Notes: a model not told the origin generated them from the letters alone. 64,000 nucleotides of DNA from an uncultured Clostridia bacterium (GCA_947165945.1 CAMVCF010000001.1:957-64956), one strand, 5' to 3'. Positions 1 through 10,202 are shown, counted from the first letter of the stretch. A program made the numbers and translations.

Positions 1-300
1 ATTAACATTATTAATGATTGAATATTTTGATATTAATTCACCATATCCATACATTTCTGCTTTTAAAAACTTATTTATCTTATTTCCAATTATAACTGCA
101 TCCTCTCCTTCATATGCTAAAGAATTTTCAAGCATTACATCAATGTCATCAATAATACTATTATTATTTAAGTTTGTTTTTTTCTTTGTTTTGATTACTA
201 TATTATAATGACTTGCTAAAGAATTTGTCACAGAAATGGCATTTACCCAAATAATATTTAATGTAAAAACCAACACAATTAATATAATTTTCCTTTTCAT
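1..300 (-). CDS. Partial CDS (N-terminal 100 aa; continues past the window start), secreted or membrane-anchored protein
   Basis: Minus-strand ATG at 300-298 gives MKRKIILIVLVFTLNIIWVNA..., an open frame with no stop down to position 1. Signal-peptide-like N-terminus. The listed + ORF at 14-208 overlaps it and is probably spurious. Confidence 0.4.
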   Translation of the reverse strand, partial: MKRKIILIVLVFTLNIIWVNAISVTNSLASHYNIVIKTKKKTNLNNNSIIDDIDVMLENSLAYEGEDAVIIGNKINKFLKAEMYGYGELISKYSIINNVN

Positions 301-327
301 ACTACCACCCCAACTACTTAAAATATA

Positions 328-744
328 TTATTGATATACTCTTACATGAATATCTTTTTTATTTAAACTAACAAAATACGATTTTTCTCTTCTCAAGTTC
401 AGAATTCTATCCATTTTATCGAATTCTTTCTCTTTATCCTTTTTATTCTTGTTATACAAAATATATGTAATATTTTTTATATGTCCAGCGCTTTGTTCTA
501 AAAAGCGAATTACAGGACTTGGAATTTTATTAAACCACAAAGGGGATATTAATATAATACTCTTGTAATTTGTCAAATTTAAATTACACCTTTTAATTGA
601 AATATCAGAATTAGTTATCATATTTAATAGATTTACATTATTAATAGTTTCTATCTCATACAAATCAGCATCATATGTATCTTTATATTTGGAAACAATT
701 TTTAAAATATCTTTATTTTTACTGTAATAAACAATTAAATTCAT
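328..744 (-). CDS. Flavodoxin-like fold protein (NADPH-dependent FMN reductase/flavodoxin family)
   Basis: The MNLIVYYSKNKD... N-terminus is typical of flavodoxin-like proteins. A GGTGA RBS lies before the ATG at 744. The ORF track starts the ORF at 759. Confidence 0.45.
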   Translation of the reverse strand: MNLIVYYSKNKDILKIVSKYKDTYDADLYEIETINNVNLLNMITNSDISIKRCNLNLTNYKSIILISPLWFNKIPSPVIRFLEQSAGHIKNITYILYNKNKKDKEKEFDKMDRILNLRREKSYFVSLNKKDIHVRVYQ

Positions 745-994
745 GATTTTCATCACCAATATATATATTACACTGAATTGAAAAAAATAACAATCAAAAG
801 TTGCAAATTTAAATTTTTTTTTATTTTTTTAAAAAATTTAAAAAAATATTTTTATTTTTTATAACTTTTACATTTTAAGGAAAAAATACACCAAAAATTA
901 TTAATAAATGCATTTAAAGACTCAAAAATCGCATATCTGAGGCTAAATGATGTAAACAGCCTATATAATGAGAAAATTATATTGGTGGTAAATT

Positions 995-1261
995 ATGGAT
1001 TTTTCAAAAATAATAATTCTTAGAAAAAAAAAAGACTTGTCTCAAAGGGAAATGGCCCAAATTTTAAATGTAAGTAAATCAACGTATGCTAGATTGGAAA
1101 CACAAGAAGAGATTATTCCTTTAATACATCTTATAGATTTTTGTAATTATTTCCATGTTACAATGAACTTTGTTCTTGGTCTAAGTTCTAGAAATGAATT
1201 TTCAAAGTATGACTATATTAAAGTAATTGAAAAAGAAAAAATTGGTATAAATATTAAATAA
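995..1261 (+). CDS. XRE-family HTH transcriptional regulator
   Basis: LSQREMAQILNVSKSTYARLE helix-turn-helix; 88 aa. Confidence 0.7.
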   Translation: MDFSKIIILRKKKDLSQREMAQILNVSKSTYARLETQEEIIPLIHLIDFCNYFHVTMNFVLGLSSRNEFSKYDYIKVIEKEKIGINIK

Positions 1262-1453
1262 ATTCGAAAAAAGAATCATCTCACTCAAAAAGATTTGGCA
1301 AAATTGTTTAATACGTCACAATCAACTATTAGTGCATACGAAAACGGAAAAACTTTAGTATTAACAGCATTTGTTTATGAGCTTGCATGTAAATTTAATA
1401 TTTCAATGGGTAAAATATGTGCTAGAGAGAGAATAGTCATTACCTCAAAATGA
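1262..1453 (+). pseudogene. Second XRE HTH domain in the same frame, immediately after the TAA stop of 995-1261, with no start codon or RBS of its own
   Basis: In-frame translation after TAA(1259-1261) reads IRKKNHLTQKDLAKLFNTSQSTISAYENGKT..., a complete HTH_3-like domain ending at TGA 1451-1453. Confidence 0.4.
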
Positions 1454-1464
1454 CATTTATTATT

Positions 1465-1503
1465 AAAAAGTTATTGCATTATTTTGTTTGCAATAACTTT
1501 TAT
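1465..1503. terminator. Bidirectional rho-independent terminator between the convergent HTH gene and purB
   Basis: aaaagttattgca / tgcaataactttt is a 13-bp perfect inverted repeat flanked by A and T runs. Confidence 0.55.
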
Positions 1504-1512
1504 CTTTTATAA

Positions 1513-2859
1513 TTACAATTTGTTAGCAAGCCCAATATAATTTTCTGGAGTTAAATTTAATAGATTTTCTTTGTCTTTTTTATCTATATTTAATTTTTTT
1601 ATAAACTCCTCTATTTCATCTTTTTGTATTTTCTTTCCTCTAGTTAATTCTTTTAATTTTTCATAGGCATTGTTAATACCATACTTTCTAAGCATTGTTT
1701 GAATTGGCTCAGCAAGAACTTCCCATTCTTCTTCAAGTTCTTTTTTTATGACTTCTTCGTTTATTTTTATTTTTTTTAAGCCTTTTAAAGTTTCTTTCAA
1801 TCCTTGCAAAGAATATCCAAAAGCAATTCCTAAATTTCTCAATAGTGAAGAATCAGATAGATCTCTTTGCATCCTTGAACGAGGTAATTTATTCGACAAG
1901 ATCATAAGTAAACTATTTGCAATTTCTAAATTAGATTCACTATTTTCAAAATTAATTGGATTAACTTTATGAGGCATTGTACTACTTCCTACTTCACTTG
2001 CTACAATTTTTAAATTAAAATAGGCACGACTAATATATAACCACATATCAATATCTAAATCTAGTACTATATTATTTATATGTCTTATAATATCTAAGAT
2101 TGTAACCATATAGTCATGATTTTCAATTTGCGTTGTTAGGGGATTAAAAACAAGATCAAAGCTTTCAATAAATTCTTTTGATAAATTAATAATATCCTTT
2201 TCAGGATATACAACCGAAAGTGCACTATAATTTCCAGTTGCTCCATTTAATTTAGCTTTTATTGAGGTTTTTTTTAATTTTTTGATTTCTTCATTCAATC
2301 TATACCAGTATACTTTAAATTCTTTTCCAACTGTTGTCGGGGTAGCTGGTTGACCATGTGTATGAGCAAGAAATGAGATATTTTTAGTATCATCACTTAA
2401 TTTTTTTAAATAAGAAATAAACTCTTTTATTTGACTATAATAATATTCATTAAAAAAATCTTTTATCATTAGAGCATAAGAAATATTATTTATGTCTTCT
2501 GATGTTAAGCCAAAATGTACAAATGGTGTTATTTTTTCTAAGTTCAGTTCTCTTAATTTACTATTAATAAAATATTCTACAGCTTTTACATCATGATTAG
2601 TAATTTTTTCTTTTTCTTTTATTGAAAGATAAGAATCCATATTATATTTTTTAGAAATAGACAATATTTTTGGAATATTTTCTTTTTTTTCAAAAAAGAT
2701 TTTTTTAGAAATTAAATAAGTTAACCAATTGATTTCTACTAAAACTCGATATTTCATATAAGCATATTCGGAAAAATATGGTGATATGATTTCTTTTATA
2801 TCACTATATCTTCCATCTAATGGACAAATTTCCATTGCTCTTAATTCATTCATATACAT
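1513..2859 (-). CDS. purB: Adenylosuccinate lyase
   Basis: 448 aa with THGQPATPTTVGKEF and fumarate-lyase signature regions. Confidence 0.9.
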   Translation of the reverse strand: MYMNELRAMEICPLDGRYSDIKEIISPYFSEYAYMKYRVLVEINWLTYLISKKIFFEKKENIPKILSISKKYNMDSYLSIKEKEKITNHDVKAVEYFINSKLRELNLEKITPFVHFGLTSEDINNISYALMIKDFFNEYYYSQIKEFISYLKKLSDDTKNISFLAHTHGQPATPTTVGKEFKVYWYRLNEEIKKLKKTSIKAKLNGATGNYSALSVVYPEKDIINLSKEFIESFDLVFNPLTTQIENHDYMVTILDIIRHINNIVLDLDIDMWLYISRAYFNLKIVASEVGSSTMPHKVNPINFENSESNLEIANSLLMILSNKLPRSRMQRDLSDSSLLRNLGIAFGYSLQGLKETLKGLKKIKINEEVIKKELEEEWEVLAEPIQTMLRKYGINNAYEKLKELTRGKKIQKDEIEEFIKKLNIDKKDKENLLNLTPENYIGLANKL

Positions 2860-2917
2860 TTCTCCTGCAAATTAATTATATCAAAAACAAAATAAAAATA
2901 AATAAAATTTTATAATT

Positions 2918-3166
2918 TTACTTATTATTTATTTTAAATAAATTACTTCTTTTATATGGTTGCTTTTGATCTGTTAAACCTAGAATATAATCTACACTTA
3001 CTCCATAAAAATCTGCTAACTTCAATAAAATATCAATTGGAATATTTAATATTTCATTTTCATATCTAGAATATGTTGTTTGAGAACAACCTATTTCACT
3101 AGCAAGTTTAATTTGAGTTAAATCCATATCTTCTCTTAAATCTTTCAATCTGAACATAAATACCAC
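2918..3166 (-). CDS. XRE-family HTH transcriptional regulator
   Basis: LTQIKLASEIGCSQTTYSRYENE; 82 aa. Confidence 0.75.
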   Translation of the reverse strand: MVFMFRLKDLREDMDLTQIKLASEIGCSQTTYSRYENEILNIPIDILLKLADFYGVSVDYILGLTDQKQPYKRSNLFKINNK

Positions 3167-3251
3167 CAGGATAATTCTATCTTATGCAAACTTAGCATAT
3201 TGACTTTTATGCATAAAGTGCATAAAATTATATATATGAAAGGCAAAATAT

Positions 3252-3476
3252 ATGAACTTAATTGAATTATATTCTTCTTTGATAATTATACCTTTGGAAA
3301 ATGAAATAAAGAAAATTAAAAAGAAGAAAGGACTTTTTTTAGCAAATAGTAAATCTATATATTTAAATCAATTAGAGAATTTATTACAAGAATACTATAA
3401 AAAGTTTTTTATTATAATGAAACAAGATTTTGATTTTCATGAAAAACTAATTTCAAAAGAAACTGATAGAAATTAA
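3252..3476 (+). CDS. Small hypothetical protein
   Basis: 74-aa ORF with no recognisable motif. Weak. Confidence 0.25.
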   Translation: MNLIELYSSLIIIPLENEIKKIKKKKGLFLANSKSIYLNQLENLLQEYYKKFFIIMKQDFDFHEKLISKETDRN

Positions 3477-3497
3477 TTTGTTCTATCAGTTTCTATA
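3461..3497. terminator. Bidirectional terminator hairpin between the small ORF and sufS
   Basis: gaaactgatagaa ... tctatcagtttc inverted repeat. Confidence 0.45.
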
Positions 3498-4694
3498 TTA
3501 TAGAATAATATCATAGATATTTTTACTATTTTCTAGTACTTCGATGAGTTTGTCAATTTCTTCTTTGGTATTATATAAATATAAACTAATTCTACATGTG
3601 TTTTTAACTTCTATTTCATCTTTCACCATTTTACTACAATGATTTCCTGCTCGAATACATATATGATAATGATTTAAGTATTTAGATGTATCTTCTGCAA
3701 ATATTTTATCTATATTAAATACAACTATTCCTGATTCACTGTTTTCATTATAAATTGTAACATTATCTATTTTTTTTAGTTTTTCTATTAAATATTTTCG
3801 CAATTGCTTTTCATGTTCTGCTATTTTATCCATGCCTATCTCATTAAGATATAAAATTGCTTCTTTAAGGCCCAAAACACCTGCAATATTTTGAGTTCCT
3901 GCTTCTAACTTTAAAGGAACTTCTTTATACTCAACTTCTTTATTACTTTCAAAGGTACTATTCATTCCACCACCATATTTAAATGGTTTCATTTCAGTTA
4001 AATATTTACTTTTAGCATATAGAACTCCAACTCCTGTTGGACCAAGCATTTTATGAGATGAAAAAGCTAGAAAATCAATATTGTCTCTGATTACATCTGT
4101 TTTCATATGTGGAACACTTTGAGCTCCATCTACTACAAGCAAAACATCTAATGAATGTAGATATTTTGATATTTCTAAAATAGGTCTTACATCTCCAATC
4201 ACATTGGTAATATAAGCTAAAGATACAACTTTTGTTTTTTCAGTAATAACTTTTTTTAAATTATCAAGTTCTACTTTTTTATCATCATTTAAAGGAATAA
4301 ATTTTACAACTATGCCCATTTCTTTTTCAAGTTCAAACCATGGAAGAACATTACTAGCGTGTTCTGTTTTTGTAATTAAGACTTCGTCACCTTTTTTTAA
4401 ATAATTTTTCATAAATGAAAATACAATCATATTCATACTTTCCGTTGTACCACTTGTAAAAACTATTTCATTTTTATCTTTTGCATTAATAAATTTTCGA
4501 ACTATTTCTCTGGTATTTTCATATTCAACATCAACTTTATGACTTATGTCATAATCTCCTCTGTGAGCATTTGCTGTATAATTTGTATAATAGTCAACTA
4601 TTTTGTCAACTACTTGTTTAGGTTTAAATGTGGTTGCACTATTATCAAAATATATATAATCATTTTTTAACATGGAAAAGTCTTCTCGATTCAT
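3498..4694 (-). CDS. sufS: Cysteine desulfurase (class V aminotransferase, SufS type)
   Basis: 398 aa with SSHKMLGPTGVGVLY and a C-terminal GNHCS active-site cysteine region. Last gene of the sufC-sufD-sufS operon. Confidence 0.85.
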   Translation of the reverse strand: MNREDFSMLKNDYIYFDNSATTFKPKQVVDKIVDYYTNYTANAHRGDYDISHKVDVEYENTREIVRKFINAKDKNEIVFTSGTTESMNMIVFSFMKNYLKKGDEVLITKTEHASNVLPWFELEKEMGIVVKFIPLNDDKKVELDNLKKVITEKTKVVSLAYITNVIGDVRPILEISKYLHSLDVLLVVDGAQSVPHMKTDVIRDNIDFLAFSSHKMLGPTGVGVLYAKSKYLTEMKPFKYGGGMNSTFESNKEVEYKEVPLKLEAGTQNIAGVLGLKEAILYLNEIGMDKIAEHEKQLRKYLIEKLKKIDNVTIYNENSESGIVVFNIDKIFAEDTSKYLNHYHICIRAGNHCSKMVKDEIEVKNTCRISLYLYNTKEEIDKLIEVLENSKNIYDIIL

Positions 4695-4707
4695 TTTTCT
4701 CCCCCCT

Positions 4708-5403
4708 TTAATTCATATTGAAACTTATTTCTTCTAGAAATTTAGTTGTATCAAGTTCCATTTTTGATAATAAAATAGACTTTATTAACATTTTTTTACA
4801 ATTATCTAAATCAATTCCCCTTGACATCAAGTAATTAATATCGTCTTTACTGAATGTTCCAATAAAAGCCGAATGATTAGCAATTACTTCTTTAGTATGG
4901 ACTATTAAATTAGGCAAAATTTTACTGTCTCCATCACTTAAATTCATAATTTTACTGTTTTCTTCTAAAAAGATACCACTTTTAGCTTGTTCTATAATTC
5001 CATCTAACAAAAAATAAAGTTTTTTATTTTCTAAATTGACTCCATTTGTATAAAATCTAGTCTCACTAAAATTTCCTTGATGGGTAATTTTAATATGATT
5101 AATTGAATCTACTTTGCTCAAAATACTATCTATACAAAGTAAACTACTATTATTATTTAAATAAACATTATAATCTATACTAGAATTTATTCCTAATTGA
5201 TTTATAGTAACATCACTATTATCTAGTAAATTCACTTGTATTTTAACAGAACTTGATTTTATTAGAAATAAAATATTTGCCTTAATATTTTCTTGTACAT
5301 ATATATTAAGTTCAGTATCATCATCTATTTCTAAAATTAGATCTTTATTATCTTTTATACAAATATTTTTAGTTTCTAATTTTAGTTTATTCATTTTTTT
5401 CAT
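4708..5403 (-). CDS. sufD: Short SufD/SufB-family Fe-S assembly protein
   Basis: C-terminal YLMSRGIDLDNCKKMLI matches the SufBD C-terminal motif. Sits between sufC and sufS. Only 231 aa. Confidence 0.55.
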   Translation of the reverse strand: MKKMNKLKLETKNICIKDNKDLILEIDDDTELNIYVQENIKANILFLIKSSSVKIQVNLLDNSDVTINQLGINSSIDYNVYLNNNSSLLCIDSILSKVDSINHIKITHQGNFSETRFYTNGVNLENKKLYFLLDGIIEQAKSGIFLEENSKIMNLSDGDSKILPNLIVHTKEVIANHSAFIGTFSKDDINYLMSRGIDLDNCKKMLIKSILLSKMELDTTKFLEEISFNMN

Positions 5404-6142
5404 TTCCTTCTATATCAAATGACTGATTGTATCCGTATTTTTCAATTAATTTTGATAAATTGTAATCTCCACTTTGGACAATTTTTCCACCTTTCATCAT
5501 GTGAACAAAGTTTGGTTTTATGTATTCAAGTATTCTAGTATAATGGGTAATTATTAATACACTTACATCAGAATTTTCACTTAAATACTTATTAAGAGCC
5601 ATGCAAACAATTTTTAAGCTGTCAACATCAAGTCCTGAATCAAGTTCATCTAAAATAATGAATTTTGGTTTTAGCATTAAAATTTGTAATATTTCATTTT
5701 TCTTTCTTTCTCCACCAGAGAACCCAACATTAAATCCTCGATGAAGCATATTGGAATTCATAGAAAGTAATTGAGTATTTTTTTCAAGTTCTTTTATATA
5801 TTCATATAATCCTATATGTTTTTCTTTGGTATCTAAACTTGCTTTAATAAGTTCACTAGTGGTTACACCATCAATACTAATTGGATTTTGATAGACAAGG
5901 AATATTCCTAATCTGCTTCTTTCATTAATTGACATATCAAGAATAGAATTATCATTTACCAAAATATCCCCTTCTACTTGGTAATCAGGATACCCCATTA
6001 AAACTTTAGATAAGGTAGATTTTCCGACCCCATTAGGTCCCATAATTGCATGAATTTCTCCTTTATTAATACTTAAATTAAAGTCTTTAAGTATTTCTTT
6101 ATCATCAGTTTTAACAATTAAATTTTTAATGTCTAACTTCAT
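5387..6142 (-). CDS. sufC: Fe-S cluster assembly ATPase SufC
   Basis: ABC ATPase with GPNGVGKST Walker A, LSGGERKK signature and ILDELDSGLD Walker B. Confidence 0.9.
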   Translation of the reverse strand: MKLDIKNLIVKTDDKEILKDFNLSINKGEIHAIMGPNGVGKSTLSKVLMGYPDYQVEGDILVNDNSILDMSINERSRLGIFLVYQNPISIDGVTTSELIKASLDTKEKHIGLYEYIKELEKNTQLLSMNSNMLHRGFNVGFSGGERKKNEILQILMLKPKFIILDELDSGLDVDSLKIVCMALNKYLSENSDVSVLIITHYTRILEYIKPNFVHMMKGGKIVQSGDYNLSKLIEKYGYNQSFDIEGNEKNE

Positions 6143-6151
6143 GTACACCTC

Positions 6152-7459
6152 CTAAAATGGTAGTTTCATATTTCCATTCATAACTTGTTTTACCATCTTT
6201 TTATAGTTTTCAAATTGCTCTAGAAGCTTATTAACTTCCTGAACACTTACTCCAGATCCATGTGCAATTCTAGTCTTTCTACTTGCTTTTATAATAGTAG
6301 GATCGCGTCTTTCTGATGGAGTCATCGATAGAATTATTGCTTCAATTCTTTTTATTCCTTTAGGATCAATTTTTACTTTATTTAATCCAAGTTTACTAGC
6401 ACCTGGAAGTAGTTTTAACAAGTTTTCAAGTGGTCCCATGTTTTGAATTCCACGCATTTGTTTTAAAAAATCATTTAAATCATATTTACCTTTTTGAAGT
6501 TTTTTAATCGAATCTTCTGCATCTTGAATATTAATTGCTTCTTCTGCTTTCTCAACAAGAGATACGATATCACCCATACCAAGAATACGACCTGCCATTC
6601 TTTTTGGATCAAATATTTCAAGGCCATCCATTTTTTCACTTGTTCCCATAAACTTAATTGGAACATTGGTAAGATGTCGAACAGAAAGTGCAACTCCACC
6701 TCTTGTATCTCCATCTAGCTTTGTTAAAATAACTCCAGAAAGTTCTATAGAATCATTAAAACCTGTAATTACATTAATTGCATCTTGTCCCATCATAGCA
6801 TCAATTACTAAAAGAGTTTCAGATGGATTTATAGTCTTTTTTATGTTTGCTAATTCTTCCATTAATGCATCATCTATATGAAGTCTTCCAGCTGTATCAA
6901 TTAATACATAGTCATATCCATTTTCTTTTGCATAATTAATTGCCTCTTCACTCGTCTTTACAGGATCTTGAAGTCCTTTTTCATAAACAAAAATATCTAG
7001 TTCTTTTCCAATTTGCTTTAATTGATCGATTGCTGCAGGTCTATATACATCACAGGCCACCATCATTGGTTTTTTATGATATTTTTTGCGAAGTAATAAG
7101 GCAAGTTTCCCAATTGTTGTTGTTTTTCCTGATCCTTGTAATCCAACTAACATAAGTGTTGCAGGATTTCCACTAGTATTTAATTCTTTATATTCTCCAC
7201 CAAGTAAATCTGTTAGTTCATCATTTACTATTTTTACAAATACATCAGCTGGCTTTAAGCTTTTTAAAACTTCTTCTCCCATTGCTTTTTCTTTTACAAT
7301 ATTTGTAAACTCTTTAACAACTTTATAATTAACATCAGCTTCAAGAAGAGCAATTCTTACTTCCTTAACCATTTCACTAATGTTTTCTTCAGTAATTTTT
7401 CCATATCCACGTGCTTTATGAATAATTCCTTGTAATTTTTCTCCTAATCCTTCAAACAT
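6152..7459 (-). CDS. ffh: Signal recognition particle protein Ffh
   Basis: 435 aa with MFEGLGEKLQ start, NG domain GLQGSGKTTT/DTAGR and an M domain. Confidence 0.92.
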   Translation of the reverse strand: MFEGLGEKLQGIIHKARGYGKITEENISEMVKEVRIALLEADVNYKVVKEFTNIVKEKAMGEEVLKSLKPADVFVKIVNDELTDLLGGEYKELNTSGNPATLMLVGLQGSGKTTTIGKLALLLRKKYHKKPMMVACDVYRPAAIDQLKQIGKELDIFVYEKGLQDPVKTSEEAINYAKENGYDYVLIDTAGRLHIDDALMEELANIKKTINPSETLLVIDAMMGQDAINVITGFNDSIELSGVILTKLDGDTRGGVALSVRHLTNVPIKFMGTSEKMDGLEIFDPKRMAGRILGMGDIVSLVEKAEEAINIQDAEDSIKKLQKGKYDLNDFLKQMRGIQNMGPLENLLKLLPGASKLGLNKVKIDPKGIKRIEAIILSMTPSERRDPTIIKASRKTRIAHGSGVSVQEVNKLLEQFENYKKMVKQVMNGNMKLPF

Positions 7460-7564
7460 AATGCCTCCTCGTAAACATTATTATTATAACAGAAAACTAA
7501 AAAAATACCTAATAAATATTATAAATTTATTAAGTATTTTATAAAGATTTTAGATTTAGTTATG

Positions 7565-8560
7565 TTAATAATTATCATGTAGTGAGTTGTTAATTGAATC
7601 TCCAATTAATTTTCCAAGACGTTTAATTATAAAATCTATTTCTTTAGTTGACACAATTAAATTATATCCTATTGGATTTAAAACTTCATATACAAGTTCT
7701 CTAATTTCATCATCACTTAAAGTTCCTATAATTCCTAAAAGTTCTTCTTTTTCTTTTTTCGACAAATCACTCTCCTCTTTTAGATAGTTTAAATTGTATT
7801 TGAATGTTAATTTATCCTTTGCTAAATTCTTTTTTTGATAACTTATTTTCTTAGTTAAATATTTAATTGTATCATTTACAATAACTGCACTTGATACAAC
7901 AGTTGGTACTCCTATTGCTATAACTGGAATATGTAAAGTATCAAAAGATAATTCTTTTCGATTATTTCCAATTCCACTTCCTGGATGTATTCCACTATTT
8001 GTAATTTGAATTGTTTTTTCTATTCTTTCTATGTTAATAGCTGCAAGAGAATCAATTGCAATAATAAAATCTGGTTTAGTTTTTAAAATCACTCCTTCAA
8101 TCATATCAAAAGAATCTATTCCGGTATTAGCAATTACATTTGCCTCCAATATAGATACGCTTCTATATTTTTTATCTAGTAAATCTATTTCTTCCAAGTA
8201 TCTAGTTACTAAAATATTTTTCAAAGTCTCACTTCCTAAAGAATCAGGAGTTGATTTGCTATTTCCAAGTCCTATTATTAAACATTTATCAGTCTTTTTT
8301 ATATTTAATGAATTTAAAATTTTTTTTAATTCTTTATCTAAAATATTTAAAACATTTTTAAAGTTTACTTCATCAGTTATGTCTTTAAATGTTATAGTAA
8401 TATAATCTCCACTTTTCTTGTTTAAAGAATTATTCTTATCTAAATGAACAAAATCAACAACAATATCTTTTTCTTGATAGGTTTCTTTTTTATAGTTTAA
8501 ATTACTTTCAATAATTAAATCTGATCTTAAATTATATTTTTTTAAGTCAACAGAATGCAT
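7565..8560 (-). CDS. gpr: Germination protease (spore endopeptidase GPR)
   Basis: KPDFIIAIDSLAA, TIQITNSGIHPGSGIGNNRKEL and VIAIGVPTVV closely match the GPR family. Confidence 0.88.
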   Translation of the reverse strand: MHSVDLKKYNLRSDLIIESNLNYKKETYQEKDIVVDFVHLDKNNSLNKKSGDYITITFKDITDEVNFKNVLNILDKELKKILNSLNIKKTDKCLIIGLGNSKSTPDSLGSETLKNILVTRYLEEIDLLDKKYRSVSILEANVIANTGIDSFDMIEGVILKTKPDFIIAIDSLAAINIERIEKTIQITNSGIHPGSGIGNNRKELSFDTLHIPVIAIGVPTVVSSAVIVNDTIKYLTKKISYQKKNLAKDKLTFKYNLNYLKEESDLSKKEKEELLGIIGTLSDDEIRELVYEVLNPIGYNLIVSTKEIDFIIKRLGKLIGDSINNSLHDNY

Positions 8561-8610
8561 ATAATCACCACAAATAGTATGGATAAATTTAAAAAAAGTA
8601 TTATAAATGT

Positions 8611-8645
8611 TGACAATTTAGTTTAAAATTTGTTATCATATATGT
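8611..8645 (+). promoter_or_regulatory. Sigma-A-like promoter for rpsT
   Basis: TTGACA at 8611-8616, then about 17 bp, then TATCAT/TATATG upstream of the RBS AGAGGTGA. Confidence 0.35.
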
Positions 8646-8667
8646 GATTTCAGAAAGAGGTGACATT

Positions 8668-8931
8668 ATGCCAAATATTAAAAGTGCTAAAAAACGTGTA
8701 TTAACAAGTAAAAGAAAAGAAGAAGAAAACATTTTAGTAGAATCACGTATGAAAAATTCCATTAAAAAGTTAGAAAAAACTATTAAAGAAGGAAAAGTCG
8801 AAGAATCAAAAGAACTTTTAAATACAACTTTAAAAAATATTGATAAAGCACAAAATATTAATATTGTTAAAGACAACAAAGCTGCAAGACTAAAATCAAG
8901 ATTAACAAAATCTGTAAACAATTTAAAATAG
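8668..8931 (+). CDS. rpsT: 30S ribosomal protein S20
   Basis: MPNIKSAKKRV...KAARLKSRLTK. Start taken at the internal ATG after RBS AGAGGTGA. Confidence 0.9.
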   Translation: MPNIKSAKKRVLTSKRKEEENILVESRMKNSIKKLEKTIKEGKVEESKELLNTTLKNIDKAQNINIVKDNKAARLKSRLTKSVNNLK

Positions 8932-8960
8932 CAATAATTTTGCTATTTTTTTGTATTTTT
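8930..8960 (+). terminator. rpsT terminator
   Basis: agcaa-taatt-ttgct hairpin followed by a T-run. Confidence 0.5.
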
Positions 8961-8994
8961 TTAAAAAAAATATGATACAATATAGAAGAAAGGG

Positions 8995-9906
8995 TTGATA
9001 GTTGTGAAGAAATTTGTTTGTTTTTTTATAATAACACTTATTTTTTTATTAACATTTCATTATAAAGAAGAAATACTTGTTTACTATAATAAATACTTTG
9101 AAAAAGTTAATTTTGTTCCAACAGTATTAGAAAATAATGAATATTCAAGAGTTTATAATTTTAACTATGTATCCCTTACAGATGATTTTTTTCCTAAAGA
9201 AAAACAAGATATTTTAAATATCTATTATACAGTTATTAATAGTGGTATGAATGAATTTACTTTTTATTGCAAAAGTGAATATGAAAATTGTTTAACTGAT
9301 GTTAAAGATATTGCTAATAATCAAACTATTATTTCAAATATTAATAACTTTGTTCATCCTTATAATGGATTTAAAGATTTAGAAACAGAGATTGATTCTT
9401 TAGGAAAAATAACTATTCATATTAATAGAAATTATTCTGATGAAATGAAAATTATTTTAAATTATAAAATAGATGAAATTTTAAAAGAAACTATTAATGA
9501 TACAATGACTAATAGAGAAAAAATAAAAGTAATTCATGACTATATTATTAATCATACAAAATATGATGAAGAAAGAAGTGATAAAAATAATATTCAGTAT
9601 AAATCTGATACTGCCTATGGTGCTTTAATAGAAGGACATGCTCTTTGTGGTGGTTATACAGATAGTATGATGTTATTTTTAGAACAATTTAATATTAAAA
9701 GTTATAAAATATCAAGTGATAATCATGTTTGGAACTATGTTTATTTAGACAATAATTGGTATAACTTAGATTTAACTTGGGACGATCCAGTTAGTCATGA
9801 TGGACGTGATCTATTAGAACATACTTTCTTTTTAATAAGTGATGAAGAATTATTAAAACTTGATACAACTGAACATTTATTTGATAAAAATGTCTATCAA
9901 CCATAG
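8995..9906 (+). CDS. Transglutaminase-like superfamily protein (membrane-anchored)
   Basis: GHALCGGYTDSMMLF...DNHVWNYVYL...YNLDLTWDDP gives a Cys-His-Asp transglutaminase core. N-terminal TM segment. Confidence 0.6.
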   Translation: MIVVKKFVCFFIITLIFLLTFHYKEEILVYYNKYFEKVNFVPTVLENNEYSRVYNFNYVSLTDDFFPKEKQDILNIYYTVINSGMNEFTFYCKSEYENCLTDVKDIANNQTIISNINNFVHPYNGFKDLETEIDSLGKITIHINRNYSDEMKIILNYKIDEILKETINDTMTNREKIKVIHDYIINHTKYDEERSDKNNIQYKSDTAYGALIEGHALCGGYTDSMMLFLEQFNIKSYKISSDNHVWNYVYLDNNWYNLDLTWDDPVSHDGRDLLEHTFFLISDEELLKLDTTEHLFDKNVYQP

Positions 9907-9911
9907 ACATT

Positions 9912-10118
9912 TTATTTTACAGGATCATACCCTCCTTTAGAAAAAGGATTACATCTTAAAATTCTTTTAATGCCAATAAATATTCCTTTTAAAGAGCCAT
10001 ATTTATTAATGGCATCTATCATGTAATTAGAACAACTTGGATAATATTTACAATTAAAGTGAAATAATCCAGGAAATTTTTGATATTTTTTTATTATCTT
10101 AATTAAATATTTTTTCAT
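9912..10118 (-). CDS. yidD: Membrane protein insertion efficiency factor YidD
   Basis: [15 protein letters not shown]...[13 protein letters not shown]. Confidence 0.85.
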   Translation of the reverse strand: MKKYLIKIIKKYQKFPGLFHFNCKYYPSCSNYMIDAINKYGSLKGIFIGIKRILRCNPFSKGGYDPVK

Positions 10119-10202
10119 AACTCATCAAACATATTTTATATTAAATATTTTAAAATAGCAATTGATTCTTTTTAAATAATTTAGTATAATTTATTAAGTC
10201 AA

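Noticed and set aside
14-208. + strand 64-aa ORF at the window start
   Set aside because: Fully overlapped by a longer open minus-strand frame that begins with a signal-peptide-like N-terminus at 300; low-complexity Ile/Phe-rich translation.
4698-4708. C6 run at the sufD/sufS junction as a possible slippage tract
   Set aside because: On the coding (minus) strand it forms the GGGGGGAG Shine-Dalgarno of sufS; short; better explained as an RBS.
6475-7328. Several 70-80-aa ORFs on both strands inside ffh
   Set aside because: Nested within or antisense to the conserved Ffh coding frame.
8601-8921. 106-aa minus-strand ORF
   Set aside because: Antisense to the clearly conserved rpsT (S20) gene; hydrophobic low-complexity translation.
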